DNA from: a virus
Virus genome (UHGV): UHGV-0021337
Reading direction: 5' to 3' (one strand)
Length of the DNA: 64,000 bases
Part shown: piece by piece, positions 47,777 to 57,678 of the stretch
Layout: each line of letters begins with the position of its first letter
Position numbering within the stretch: position 1 is the first letter of the stretch
Notes under the pieces: model-generated
Seen by the model: the letters and a program-made list of their open reading frames with translations, nothing else
Database searches by the model: none
What the model was told of the DNA's origin: nothing
Position numbers and translations under genes: made by a program

Positions 47777-48187
47777 ATGCGATTAACCGAAGTAAGAAAG
47801 GAAGAGGATTTATACTTTGTAGGTCCATTCTGGATAATCGGGAGTTCTTTGTCAGAAATAAACAAAGGTAACTTTAACATTCTTGCTGAAAAATTCTTAG
47901 TTAATTATAGCGGTATACCTATTCAACGAGTGTCTAAATCTGAGTTTACGCATAAAGGAATATGGGAAACACGTTATAGAAAGATATACAACAAAGAGTA
48001 CAACTATTACCCAAGAGGGAGAATAAGTTTCAAGGAAGGAAAGTGGTATCTTAACATACCTGACAAACTAGATAAAAACATTGTTGTACCAAAGATACAA
48101 AAAGAATATGATATAAAAGAATCCTTTGAGAGGATAAAAAGTACAGATCCTACAACAGGCAATCATTACTCATTTGAACTAACGTAA
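47777..48187 (+). CDS. hypothetical protein
   Basis: RBS aagaggtaaa before the ATG at 47777. The track start at 47714 lies inside the terminator. Confidence 0.45.
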   Translation: MRLTEVRKEEDLYFVGPFWIIGSSLSEINKGNFNILAEKFLVNYSGIPIQRVSKSEFTHKGIWETRYRKIYNKEYNYYPRGRISFKEGKWYLNIPDKLDKNIVVPKIQKEYDIKESFERIKSTDPTTGNHYSFELT

Positions 48188-48347
48188 ATCTTATTGCTCA
48201 ACCGTGTGCTTCCCGGTTGCAACAGGTGTTACATATTCTCTTAATAATTTATATTACATAGATAAAGTGACTGTTTAATCCAGTCACTTTCTTTTTGATT
48301 GTTATGTATAAATATAATATAATTATAGTGTAGATAGGAGGTAATAT

Positions 48348-48875
48348 ATGACTAACAAACAACTCATAGCATTTCACAAAAGATTTGCAAATGGTGAACA
48401 ACATATCGTGATTGATAGATTCGGCAAAATTGTTGAGGAAGATAGACGCTATTTCTGGCAACAGAATGCTATTTATAATCAAATAGGTCCGATGGTCGAA
48501 GTATTTTCTAAGCAGTACAGAAATACATTTAATACGGACAAAGAGTTTGAAAACGCTGTATACGGCAAAAACGGACTTGTAGCTCGACTTATTCCTTTGC
48601 AGAGAGCGTATAACGCTATTAAAAATAGAAAATACGAATTTTTGAATAGGTTTGCTACTGGGATACTTGTTGTAGAAGATGGCTCTGTAGACGTTGATGA
48701 ACTACAGGAAGAAGGGCTTGCTCCTGGCAAAGTTATAGTATATCGTCAAGGTAGTGTACCACCCACTTTACTATATGCGTCTTTGCAAGAAATAGAAGGC
48801 TTTGAAAAAGAATTGGTAACTATCCACAAAGAAATGATTGATATATTTGAAGGATTTAAGTGGTTGTATGATTAA
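48348..48875 (+). CDS. hypothetical protein
   Basis: RBS ataggaggta. Confidence 0.5.
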   Translation: MTNKQLIAFHKRFANGEQHIVIDRFGKIVEEDRRYFWQQNAIYNQIGPMVEVFSKQYRNTFNTDKEFENAVYGKNGLVARLIPLQRAYNAIKNRKYEFLNRFATGILVVEDGSVDVDELQEEGLAPGKVIVYRQGSVPPTLLYASLQEIEGFEKELVTIHKEMIDIFEGFKWLYD

Positions 48876-49269
48876 AGCTGTTGTGTTTGTAGATGATACT
48901 CTAAATCAGTACTATCGTATTTATAAAGCTCTTGAAAAGATTATGTCTTCTAAGTGTATGCTTGAATATATAGACGCTAAATATGGATATTCCTCGAATC
49001 AAGAAGACATAGACACTGTATTAAGATGCGATTATGACGCTATCGTGATTACAAACTCGCTAATAGTTTTCAATGACTCGAGATTGAAAGTTGCTGTGTC
49101 CGAGAACATGGTGCTTAAGAACTACTATATAGTAGACCGTGAAAACTATGAGTTAAAATCCGTCGATGAACTTACACACAAAGAAGTTCGTGTGACGCAT
49201 AACTTAGAGAGTATGTACATCAATAATGCATTTGAAAATAACAATAAAGGTGGCATAAATAATGACTAA
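48868..49269 (+). CDS. hypothetical protein
   Basis: Internal ATG. Overlaps the upstream stop. Confidence 0.4.
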   Translation: MIKAVVFVDDTLNQYYRIYKALEKIMSSKCMLEYIDAKYGYSSNQEDIDTVLRCDYDAIVITNSLIVFNDSRLKVAVSENMVLKNYYIVDRENYELKSVDELTHKEVRVTHNLESMYINNAFENNNKGGINND

Positions 49270-49465
49270 ATATCCTATCAAAGAAGAATGGAATGATTAT
49301 TATCAAACTCTTGAGAATATCAGATGGTCTGGAATCACTAATATGTGGGGCGCAGCTCCTTATCTTGCAGACTACGAGAATATATCTAAGAGCTTGGCTA
49401 AAGAAGTTCTTCTTAGCTGGATTGATAACTATGATGAACTTTGTGAAAAATTTTCTTGGAGGTAA
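49262..49465 (+). CDS. hypothetical protein
   Basis: ORF. Confidence 0.4.
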   Translation: MTKYPIKEEWNDYYQTLENIRWSGITNMWGAAPYLADYENISKSLAKEVLLSWIDNYDELCEKFSWR

Positions 49466-49471
49466 ATGTAT

Positions 49472-49762
49472 ATGACATATAAAGAAATCGTAAACGCAAT
49501 TGACAAATTAAAAGTAAAATATCGAGATGTAGAAATAGCATTGAATTTAGAAGCTGAAATAGATTTCGATTTAACAGATGAAGAATTCAACAAATTATGT
49601 GATTACGCCAAACGTGTATTAGCTAGGACTGACGTAACAGAATATGCGATTGCAAAATGTATCGACGACTTACTGAATGAGGAAGACGAAACTGTAGAAA
49701 GTATTCTTAAAATGGACGTACTTCTCTTTGCAGATAAAGCGGCGCTTTGGATGGATTGGTAA
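49472..49762 (+). CDS. hypothetical protein
   Basis: RBS ggagg 9 nt upstream of the ATG at 49472. Confidence 0.4.
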   Translation: MTYKEIVNAIDKLKVKYRDVEIALNLEAEIDFDLTDEEFNKLCDYAKRVLARTDVTEYAIAKCIDDLLNEEDETVESILKMDVLLFADKAALWMDW

Positions 49763-50061
49763 GTAGTATGACTGATTTAGAACACGACTTAGCCATGAGC
49801 GTTGAATGGGAGAATACTAAATTTGGAGTTGATACTGCTGCCACTGCAGAAAATCTATCTAAAATGGGTTATCAGAAGATTGTTTGGCATGATGTAAGAA
49901 AAGAATTGCCACATAGGTTGATACCAGTTTTAGGTTATAATGCGGCTTACCAAGATTTTGTAGTTGTTTCTTGGGATGGTATAGATTGGGTTGACACTGA
50001 AGAAATTTGTTATAATATAGATTATTGGACTGAATTGCCAAATATCGAAACGGAGAGGTAA
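49747..50061 (+). CDS. hypothetical protein
   Basis: ORF. Confidence 0.4.
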   Translation: MDGLVSSMTDLEHDLAMSVEWENTKFGVDTAATAENLSKMGYQKIVWHDVRKELPHRLIPVLGYNAAYQDFVVVSWDGIDWVDTEEICYNIDYWTELPNIETER

Positions 50062-50792
50062 TGAATTTATATAATGGTGATTGCTTAGAAATAATGCAAT
50101 CTATAAAAGATAATTCAATAGATCTTATTCTATGTGATCTCCCATACGGTTGTACGTCTTGTGCATGGGATGTAATTATACCTTTTGATAAATTATGGGA
50201 ACAATATAAAAGAATTATCAAACCCAACGGGAATATAGTTTTGTTTTCTTCTGGTTTATTTACCTATAAGTTGATAGAAAGCAATTTAAAAGACTTTAAA
50301 TACAAACTCATCTGGAAGAAAAATGTCCCTACAGGTATGAGTTCAGCTAAATATAGACCTATGAAATATTATGAAGAAATTTGTATATTCAATTTTGGTA
50401 GATCATCAACTTATAATCCTATTATGAAAGATAGGGTTGGAGTAGGTAAAGATTGTTATAATTACGACCACTACTGCAATCCAAATAATCATATCAATAT
50501 GAATAAAGTTAAGAAAAGATATGATCCGGATAAAGTTCAACCTAGTGATGTTCTTGAGTTTAATGTGGTTCCAAATAGAAATGGAAAACTTCATCCAACA
50601 CAGAAACCTGTAGAGTTAGTAGAATATTTGATAAAGACTTATTCAAATGATGGTGATGTGGTTCTTGATAATTGTATGGGAAGTGGTAGCACGGGAGTTG
50701 CTTGCATAAATACTAATAGGGATTTTATTGGTATTGAATTGGATAAAAAATATTTTGATATAGCTAAGGAGAGGCTGAATTATGACAGCTAA
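50061..50792 (+). CDS. DNA methyltransferase, beta-class (N6-adenine or N4-cytosine)
   Basis: Motif IV DLPYG (LCDLPYGCT) is N-terminal to motif I VLDNCMGSGSTGVA. This is the beta-class order. Confidence 0.75.
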   Translation: MNLYNGDCLEIMQSIKDNSIDLILCDLPYGCTSCAWDVIIPFDKLWEQYKRIIKPNGNIVLFSSGLFTYKLIESNLKDFKYKLIWKKNVPTGMSSAKYRPMKYYEEICIFNFGRSSTYNPIMKDRVGVGKDCYNYDHYCNPNNHINMNKVKKRYDPDKVQPSDVLEFNVVPNRNGKLHPTQKPVELVEYLIKTYSNDGDVVLDNCMGSGSTGVACINTNRDFIGIELDKKYFDIAKERLNYDS

Positions 50793-51084
50793 AGAGGCGC
50801 TAAATAAAATAAATACAGTTGTAGGAACGCTAAGTCCGGTTACAGCAGATCTATGTTGTATTATACATCAAGAATTAGAAAAAGTAATATGCACTAAGTG
50901 CAAAAAATTTGTAGATTATAGTATTGAGTATAAACAAGAAAAAACAACCATTAAAGAAAAAGAAATAACGTATTTTAAGGCAGAAGCGCATTGTAAAGAG
51001 TGTGGAGCAATTGTTTGGGTGGAAGAAATTGAAGAGCAAAATATTCTTGCGCCTATTGATCAATATTGTGTGGATCAAATATGA
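50782..51084 (+). CDS. Cys-rich hypothetical protein
   Basis: CTKCKKF...CKECG. Confidence 0.45.
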   Translation: MTAKEALNKINTVVGTLSPVTADLCCIIHQELEKVICTKCKKFVDYSIEYKQEKTTIKEKEITYFKAEAHCKECGAIVWVEEIEEQNILAPIDQYCVDQI

Positions 51085-51120
51085 ACTTACTCCCATTGAT
51101 AGATTTATTAGAGAATTAAA

Positions 51121-51558
51121 ATGGAAAATACAAGTTTAACAACAAAACAACTGTTAGAAAGATGGAAATTACTTATTGAACATAAGAATGATGATTTACC
51201 AGTAGTTCTATTAAAAGATGCTACTATTACTTATTTTGATAATAATATGGCTGAAATTAAAAAAGATGGAAATAAATATTATGGTATGGTTCCTGAAGAT
51301 CTATCAGAAGATGGTAAAACCATAAAAGTTAAAGTTAAATTTGGCACTAATATAGAAGAAGTCATCTACAATAAAAATCTTAATGAGGATCAAAATGGAA
51401 AAAGAACCGATTTTCTTCCAGCTTCTAAAGATCCAAGCGGTCCAAGGGGCTCTGAAGCATCGTCAGTAATGACAGATGGCAATGCAGAAATTTTAGAATA
51501 TAATGATGATAGTATTTTTAAAGTAGGTGAACATACCGTACACATTATTGTAAAGTAA
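51121..51558 (+). CDS. hypothetical protein
   Basis: ORF. Confidence 0.45.
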   Translation: MENTSLTTKQLLERWKLLIEHKNDDLPVVLLKDATITYFDNNMAEIKKDGNKYYGMVPEDLSEDGKTIKVKVKFGTNIEEVIYNKNLNEDQNGKRTDFLPASKDPSGPRGSEASSVMTDGNAEILEYNDDSIFKVGEHTVHIIVK

Positions 51559-51661
51559 AACAAGATCTTAGCAGATTAAAAATGGAAAATATAAATTTAA
51601 ATTTTATTTGTAATTGATATGATTTATAGTAAAGAAGAAGGCTGTTTAAAGGAGCTAATCA

Positions 51662-52138
51662 GTGAAGATAAAAGGGTTAACTGACGAAGAGTTTTTACAG
51701 TATAAAAAACCGTCTATGTTTATAATAACATCTTTCTGCTCATTCAAATGCGAAAAAGAAGCCCACTGTCCTGGAATGTGTCAAAATAATTCTTTAACGA
51801 CCGCAAAGATTATTGAAGTAGAAGATGAAAAACTTGTTAAAAGGTTTATGGATAATCCTATTACTAATGCAATTGTATTCGGTGGACTAGAGCCGTTTGA
51901 CCAAAAAGAGGAATTATACAATCTAGTAGAATGTTTTAGAAACCACACAGACTGCGACATCGTTATATACACAGGGTATACGGAACCAGAGTTAGTCTAC
52001 GAATTAAGTTACCTGAAACGATTTCCAAACATCATAATCAAATTTGGGAGATATATCCCCAACAAACGTCCTATTTTTGACAAGGTTCTTGGAGTAGAAT
52101 TAGCATCGAATAATCAATACGCAAAAAAGATTTCATAA
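51662..52138 (+). CDS. nrdG: anaerobic ribonucleotide reductase activating enzyme (radical SAM, small phage type)
   Basis: GTG start with RBS aaggag. Cys cluster FCSFKCEKEAHCPGMC and the GGEP-like motif VFGGLEPF. Confidence 0.55.
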   Translation: MKIKGLTDEEFLQYKKPSMFIITSFCSFKCEKEAHCPGMCQNNSLTTAKIIEVEDEKLVKRFMDNPITNAIVFGGLEPFDQKEELYNLVECFRNHTDCDIVIYTGYTEPELVYELSYLKRFPNIIIKFGRYIPNKRPIFDKVLGVELASNNQYAKKIS

Positions 52139-52232
52139 TCTATAAACAAAAAGTTCATCTCATTCGCTAAACTATCTATAAATCATATAGATAGTTTTAT
52201 TATGATTGAAATTTCAATAAGGAGCGACTACA

Positions 52233-54551
52233 ATGAGCAGAGACTTATTAGCTATAAAGTTGAACTCAATAGAGACACTTATCGGTGCCGAAACAGCCCC
52301 TCCCATCAATGCTACTGATAAGTTAGGCTGGCATCTTGATAACATTAAAAATGCAATTGAATCTGGTGGTACCGGAGGAAGCGTACAGAAAGAATACGTA
52401 GACAGTGAATTAGAAAAGAAGGTCGACAAAGTTACAGAAACTTCAGCAAATCCGCGGCTCTACGGTGTTAAAGAAGATGGAACGCAAACTACTTACTTTG
52501 CAACTCAGACGTCGAATGCAAATACAGTTGTCCAAAGAGACGCGACAGGACGTTCTCAAATAGAAGATGGAATTGCACCTAAGCAGATTATAAATAAGGG
52601 CCAGCTTGATGCTGCAGTAAAAGAACTACCTAAATTAGATGATACAAATACATTTACAGGTCAAAATATATTTACAGCAGAAACAGTTTTTTCAAGTGCG
52701 GTTGAATTTTCAGATACATTAAAACTTAATGACACAGTTTTAACTGCTTATGACACTGTTCATGACACTGTAACAACATATTCGGCTGATGAAATAGTTT
52801 TGCAGTCTGATGGTAATTCAAATAGCTATAACATGAAGTTTCCAAAAGCATCAGGAACATTTGCATTAACAAAATTTTCAACAATATCTTCATTTGAGAC
52901 TTCTGCAGAAGATAAAGAAGATGCTTGGAGCACATCTGACCCGAATGCTGCTATAACGATATATCATGAAGACTCAAATGCTCATGCGGGTATCGCGGTA
53001 CAAAAAGGCTTTGTTGAATTATCACACATATCCGACGGTACAGGGCAAAATCCTTCTGCAGCAAAAATATCAATTGATTCATTGAATAACATAACAATGG
53101 ACGCTGAAGATAGCGAAGGTAATAAAACAACACTTGCGATAACTCCAACTGATGCTAAGATAAATAACAAAGATGTAATAACTTCAATTGGCGGTATATT
53201 TGAGCAGAAGCCAGAGGTAAAAACTAATGGCGAGAACTCACCTGTAGCTGTTATGCAAGACCTTCAAAGTTATGTTCCTATTCAAAGTGAAGAAGGTCTG
53301 TTATATGCTCAAGTTAACAATGAAAAGGGACAAATATCTTTCAGAGTATTTAGAAACGGCGAAGAAACTGATAAACAAAACATCATTATTGCAGAAGATA
53401 GAATAACAACAAATGGTGTAAGTATAGCGACAGAAAATGATTTATTCGGTAAATTAGATAAAGTTTCTGTTCCTAATCAAGTTTATGGAACTGATGAAGA
53501 AGGCAAACAAAAATTATACACAGTAGATGCTGAATTGAGTCTAACATCTACAGATTTAGTTCAAAACAAAGTTATTAGAGAAGCGCTCGACGGTAAATTA
53601 AACGTTGCAGAACAATCAGCCACAAAACGTGTGTATGCAAGAACTGACGCAGGAACAGACACAAACATTAGCTACACATATTCAGCAGAGGCAGACACTA
53701 TAGCATATAGATCTTCTTCAGGTACACTCGCTGTTGAGACGCCTACACAGCCAAAAGATGCTGCAAATAAAGAGTACGTTGACTCAAAAATTCCAGCTGC
53801 TTTGGTTGTTGATTCCGCATTGTCAGATAGTAGCGAAAATGCTATACAAAACAAAGTAGTTAATGAGGCTATGAATAATCGTGTAGTGTGTCAACAATCT
53901 GGAAATCTCTTGAAAGCTTATTGTACATCACCTAATAATGTAAATGACGTATGCGTTGTGTCAAATACAGGGGTGGCTAATTCCATAACAAGATATACCG
54001 GAAGTGGTCAAGTAGTTGTTAACAGCGACCCAACGGAAGGAAATCATGTATGCAATCGAAATTATGTTAATGGATTAGCTACACGATATGGTTCTGGTTT
54101 ACCTACTCAAGGTATTGGAACAACATATAAAACCGGATGTACTTACATTGATACAACTACAGGCGGAGTATATGTATTAACCAAATCAGGAGATGCTTAT
54201 TCGTGGCAACTACAAACAACTTTTGAAAAGCCATCGTGGAAGAATATAAAACCAGAAAATACATCGAAGATATTGTTTACAAAAGTCACGTTAATCACGC
54301 AGGATAGCATAAACTTCCCAGGTATGAATGGAAAATCAGTATTAGTACAAGGATATTCTAGCGACGGGTTTAATTCTGGCACTGTTGTGTGCGATGAATT
54401 ATCAACGGGAGATATAACGTTCTCACCTTCATTCATAGGCAGTATTTCTTCAACAAAAGCTTCTGGTGTAATGATTAAAGGTAGTAATTCTATAGTAGTC
54501 ACTAGCATACCCAATCCAGAAATTACATTTTCATATGAATACTTGTGGTAA
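52233..54551 (+). CDS. tail fibre protein (772 aa)
   Basis: Motif TVVQRDATGRSQIEDGIAPKQIINKGQLD and repeated N(K/R)xYV(D/N) fibre motifs. Thr/Ser-rich. Confidence 0.55.
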   Translation: MSRDLLAIKLNSIETLIGAETAPPINATDKLGWHLDNIKNAIESGGTGGSVQKEYVDSELEKKVDKVTETSANPRLYGVKEDGTQTTYFATQTSNANTVVQRDATGRSQIEDGIAPKQIINKGQLDAAVKELPKLDDTNTFTGQNIFTAETVFSSAVEFSDTLKLNDTVLTAYDTVHDTVTTYSADEIVLQSDGNSNSYNMKFPKASGTFALTKFSTISSFETSAEDKEDAWSTSDPNAAITIYHEDSNAHAGIAVQKGFVELSHISDGTGQNPSAAKISIDSLNNITMDAEDSEGNKTTLAITPTDAKINNKDVITSIGGIFEQKPEVKTNGENSPVAVMQDLQSYVPIQSEEGLLYAQVNNEKGQISFRVFRNGEETDKQNIIIAEDRITTNGVSIATENDLFGKLDKVSVPNQVYGTDEEGKQKLYTVDAELSLTSTDLVQNKVIREALDGKLNVAEQSATKRVYARTDAGTDTNISYTYSAEADTIAYRSSSGTLAVETPTQPKDAANKEYVDSKIPAALVVDSALSDSSENAIQNKVVNEAMNNRVVCQQSGNLLKAYCTSPNNVNDVCVVSNTGVANSITRYTGSGQVVVNSDPTEGNHVCNRNYVNGLATRYGSGLPTQGIGTTYKTGCTYIDTTTGGVYVLTKSGDAYSWQLQTTFEKPSWKNIKPENTSKILFTKVTLITQDSINFPGMNGKSVLVQGYSSDGFNSGTVVCDELSTGDITFSPSFIGSISSTKASGVMIKGSNSIVVTSIPNPEITFSYEYLW

Positions 54552-54578
54552 TCCTTGTATAATAATTGCGAGGTATAT

Positions 54579-54761
54579 ATGCGTATAAAGTTAAACAATG
54601 ATAAAGAACTTGTTGCAAAGATAACTGAAAAGCTAAAAGAGAATGATGGATATTGCCCTTGTAGAATACAACGCACTGAAGAAACAAAATGTATGTGTAA
54701 AGATTTCAGAGATAAACAAGATGTAGGTGAATGTCATTGCGGACTGTATATCAAATACTAA
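54579..54761 (+). CDS. small Cys-rich protein
   Basis: RBS gcgaggt before the internal ATG. CPC...CMC...CHC. Confidence 0.4.
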   Translation: MRIKLNNDKELVAKITEKLKENDGYCPCRIQRTEETKCMCKDFRDKQDVGECHCGLYIKY

Positions 54762-54852
54762 ATAGGTATATAAACTAAATTACAACGTTTATCCGCTGAC
54801 GCATAAATCAAAAATGTTGTCGGCGGATTGTTTTAATTGAAAGAGGTTTAAA

Positions 54853-55899
54853 ATGAATACGAAAACTTTGTTCCAGAAATATCACGAAAGGCTCACGCGC
54901 GAAGGAATTCTTAAATCCGTTCTTTTCTCGTTTATAGCGTCTTTTATACTGCTATTCGTTTCGTCTTTGATTTTTTGGTTTTTCGGTATAAAGAACTTTT
55001 GGATTCCGATAGTTTTAAGCGCGGTATTTTTCGCCGCCGCTTGCCCGATTGTATATTCTAAAAAATTTAAGCCTACCACGAAAGCAATCGCTAAAAGAAT
55101 TGACGAGTTGGGACTCGAAGAAAGACTTCTCACCATGACCGAACTTGAAAACGATACTTCCTTTATCGCCATGAAGCAAAGGGAAGACGCGCTTTCCGCG
55201 TTGAAATCGGTTAATTCCGGTCTTATAAAAATAATCGTTACCGTTCCCGTATGGGTGGCGTTCGGTATCTCGGCGGTATTCGGCGTCGGAATGACTACGG
55301 CTTCCGCTCTTGCCGAAAAAAATATTATTAAAAACGGTATCGCGATAGTTGACCCCGAACCCGACCCGATTTATTACGAACTCGAATACGAAGCGGGCGA
55401 AGGCGGTTTTATAGAAGGCGAAATTTTCCAGACGGTAGTCGAAGGCGAAGACGGTTCTATGGTTATCGCTATAGCCGACGAAGGATATATTTTCGTTGGT
55501 TGGTCGGATATGCTTGAAAAAGGCGAAAAAGCCGAAAGCCCCGAAAGAACGGATCTTGACGTTCACGGAAACGTAAAAGTAACCGCGATATTTATCGAAA
55601 CGGACGAAACCGACGGCAAACCCGACGAAGGTCCCAAAGACGGCGAAGCGGACGACGCGCCCGATAAACCGAGTGACGGAGGGCAGACGGGCGGTAAACC
55701 CTCAGAAGGCAGCGGAGAAGGAGGCGGCGGAGGCGTGTACGAAGCCAACGATAATATTATCGACAATGAAACAGATTACGGCGATTTTTACGACAATGCA
55801 TACGGCGAAGCCATGGATTCTATATCCAAAAACGGCGAACTCAGCGACCTTGAAAAGAAAATTATCAGCGATTACTATAACTCGATCGCTAAAAACTAA
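54853..55899 (+). CDS. membrane protein with an extracytoplasmic region containing a GYIFVGW repeat-like motif and a Gly/Asp/Glu-rich tail; gene is strongly GC-enriched
   Basis: Two or three N-terminal TM helices. Sampled 60-nt stretches inside the gene run at 40% and 65% GC, against about 32% in a sampled neighbouring window. Confidence 0.5.
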   Translation: MNTKTLFQKYHERLTREGILKSVLFSFIASFILLFVSSLIFWFFGIKNFWIPIVLSAVFFAAACPIVYSKKFKPTTKAIAKRIDELGLEERLLTMTELENDTSFIAMKQREDALSALKSVNSGLIKIIVTVPVWVAFGISAVFGVGMTTASALAEKNIIKNGIAIVDPEPDPIYYELEYEAGEGGFIEGEIFQTVVEGEDGSMVIAIADEGYIFVGWSDMLEKGEKAESPERTDLDVHGNVKVTAIFIETDETDGKPDEGPKDGEADDAPDKPSDGGQTGGKPSEGSGEGGGGGVYEANDNIIDNETDYGDFYDNAYGEAMDSISKNGELSDLEKKIISDYYNSIAKN

Positions 55900-55905
55900 A
55901 CTAAA

Positions 55906-55945
55906 TAAAGCACACGTTTATTCAACGTGTGCTTTATTTTTTATA
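55906..55945. terminator. bidirectional terminator between convergent genes
   Basis: aaagcacacgtttattcaacgtgtgctttatttttt. Confidence 0.6.
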
Positions 55946-57084
55946 AAGTTGTAATCATCAAACAAGTATTCTTGCTTTGCATACCAGCTTTGTTTTGTTT
56001 TAACTGCTTGCTCAACAGCTTTACTTATTTTTGAATATGCGGACTCGTAATCGTTTGACCACGCAGCAATATCTGCATCAATCTGCAACATTTTCCACTC
56101 TGAACGATAATGTGAAAATAATTTCCAGTCATTCAGTTCAAAATTCGCACGACACTGTGCATAATCCCAGAAATGTTTAGCTTCATCTATACGACCTTGA
56201 TATATAAGAGCTTGTACAAGGGCAACATATCCATCTAATATTTCAGGATATTTTTCAACTGCTTTTTTGTAACAAGAAATGCTTAATTCTTGTTGATGAA
56301 GTGTTTCGTAAAATTTGCCCATATAGATATATAAGGCAGTACTCATATAATCATCATGAGGTTTTTGATTTACATCTAATTCATAAAGTAATTTGTTACA
56401 GATATTCAATCCTTCAATTGCTTTATTGTTAAACCAGTATTCTCGTATAAGATAGAATAAACTAAAAATTTCGGTCGGATTTTCTTTTAATCTCAATTCT
56501 AACAAAGGAAGATAATCTGTTCTCGGTTTATCAGTAGGAAAATGAAATAGATATATCTTATTCTTATCTAGATATATATCTCCAGAGTAATCATCTCTGG
56601 TTGTAGTTAAGGTTTCGTGAACAGGGAATTGCCATTTCCATCCAAATCTTTGATGACACTTGTTATTCCAAAACCAGCGGTTAACGCAAACTGTGTTGTT
56701 GTCCACAACATTGTCACTGGCAAATCTATACCAGATATGTTTGAAATTAGGCATCTTTTCAACAGCCGATCTAACATCTGTAAAGAATTCAGGTATCACA
56801 ACTTCGTCAATGTCACTACAAAAACACACATCGGCATCTTCAGGTATCATTTTTAGACTGTCATTTCTAGGAACATCAAACCGCCAATCTAAATAACAAA
56901 CACTATTGACTATCAACTTGCCTTGAAATAACTTTTTGACACGCAATAAAAATTTAGTTGCTTTTGACATATTTGTTGTACAGCGAACAACTATATAATC
57001 AGCATAGGAAATTGCTCTTAACCATCGTTTAACAAACTGTAGTGGCTCGTCACCGCATATTGCATAAGCACAAATCTTAACCAT
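55918..57084 (-). CDS. GT-A fold glycosyltransferase with C-terminal TPR-like repeats
   Basis: N-terminal ICGDEP...YIVV and a DxD-like CSDIDEV. C-terminal helical TPR-like repeats. Confidence 0.5.
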   Translation of the reverse strand: MVKICAYAICGDEPLQFVKRWLRAISYADYIVVRCTTNMSKATKFLLRVKKLFQGKLIVNSVCYLDWRFDVPRNDSLKMIPEDADVCFCSDIDEVVIPEFFTDVRSAVEKMPNFKHIWYRFASDNVVDNNTVCVNRWFWNNKCHQRFGWKWQFPVHETLTTTRDDYSGDIYLDKNKIYLFHFPTDKPRTDYLPLLELRLKENPTEIFSLFYLIREYWFNNKAIEGLNICNKLLYELDVNQKPHDDYMSTALYIYMGKFYETLHQQELSISCYKKAVEKYPEILDGYVALVQALIYQGRIDEAKHFWDYAQCRANFELNDWKLFSHYRSEWKMLQIDADIAAWSNDYESAYSKISKAVEQAVKTKQSWYAKQEYLFDDYNFIKNKAHVE

Positions 57085-57556
57085 ATATATGATACTTTAC
57101 AACCTTTGCATCTTTATGACCGTTATTTTTAATCTTTTGAGCTTTTTTATACGCGCCCGAATAAGAATAGTATCCGCAATAACTATCCCAAAGAGCAGTT
57201 TTATCGCGTTCTGCAAAGTCATTGAACGAGGAATATGTTTTACCATACTGCCCTTCGCGTACACAATCACAACCAGGTATTATTGAGCTAGAATACTGTA
57301 CACAATAACGTGTTGCCATCGGTATTCTTACGCTTATAACTTCTGTGTTTTTCCAGACAGTGTCTTTCTTTATGCGCTGCATTGCTTTGTAAGCAGTACT
57401 ATAAGAACTATATCCACAATCAACTATGTTAGATTTTATTTTCTGCTCTTCTTGCGACATAGAGTCATAAGGTACAAAAATTTTGCCTTCTTTTGTAGCT
57501 AAACAACTTTCCTGACCAGGATTAGTACATCTTATATAGTATTTCATATTCAACAC
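57077..57556 (-). CDS. hypothetical protein with two tandem repeats of about 35 aa (YSSYSTAYKAMQRIKK / YSYSGAYKKAQKIKNN)
   Basis: The internal repeat is read directly from the translation. ATGA overlap with the glycosyltransferase gene. Confidence 0.45.
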   Translation of the reverse strand: MLNMKYYIRCTNPGQESCLATKEGKIFVPYDSMSQEEQKIKSNIVDCGYSSYSTAYKAMQRIKKDTVWKNTEVISVRIPMATRYCVQYSSSIIPGCDCVREGQYGKTYSSFNDFAERDKTALWDSYCGYYSYSGAYKKAQKIKNNGHKDAKVVKYHIYG

Positions 57557-57678
57557 CTCTTCATTTATTATATACTTATATTATATAATGAAAAAGAAGA
57601 AGAATCAAGTAGTTATATGATAATCTAAATTTGTCTTATTTTTGTAAACTAAATTTATATATCATAGTGAGGAAAATA

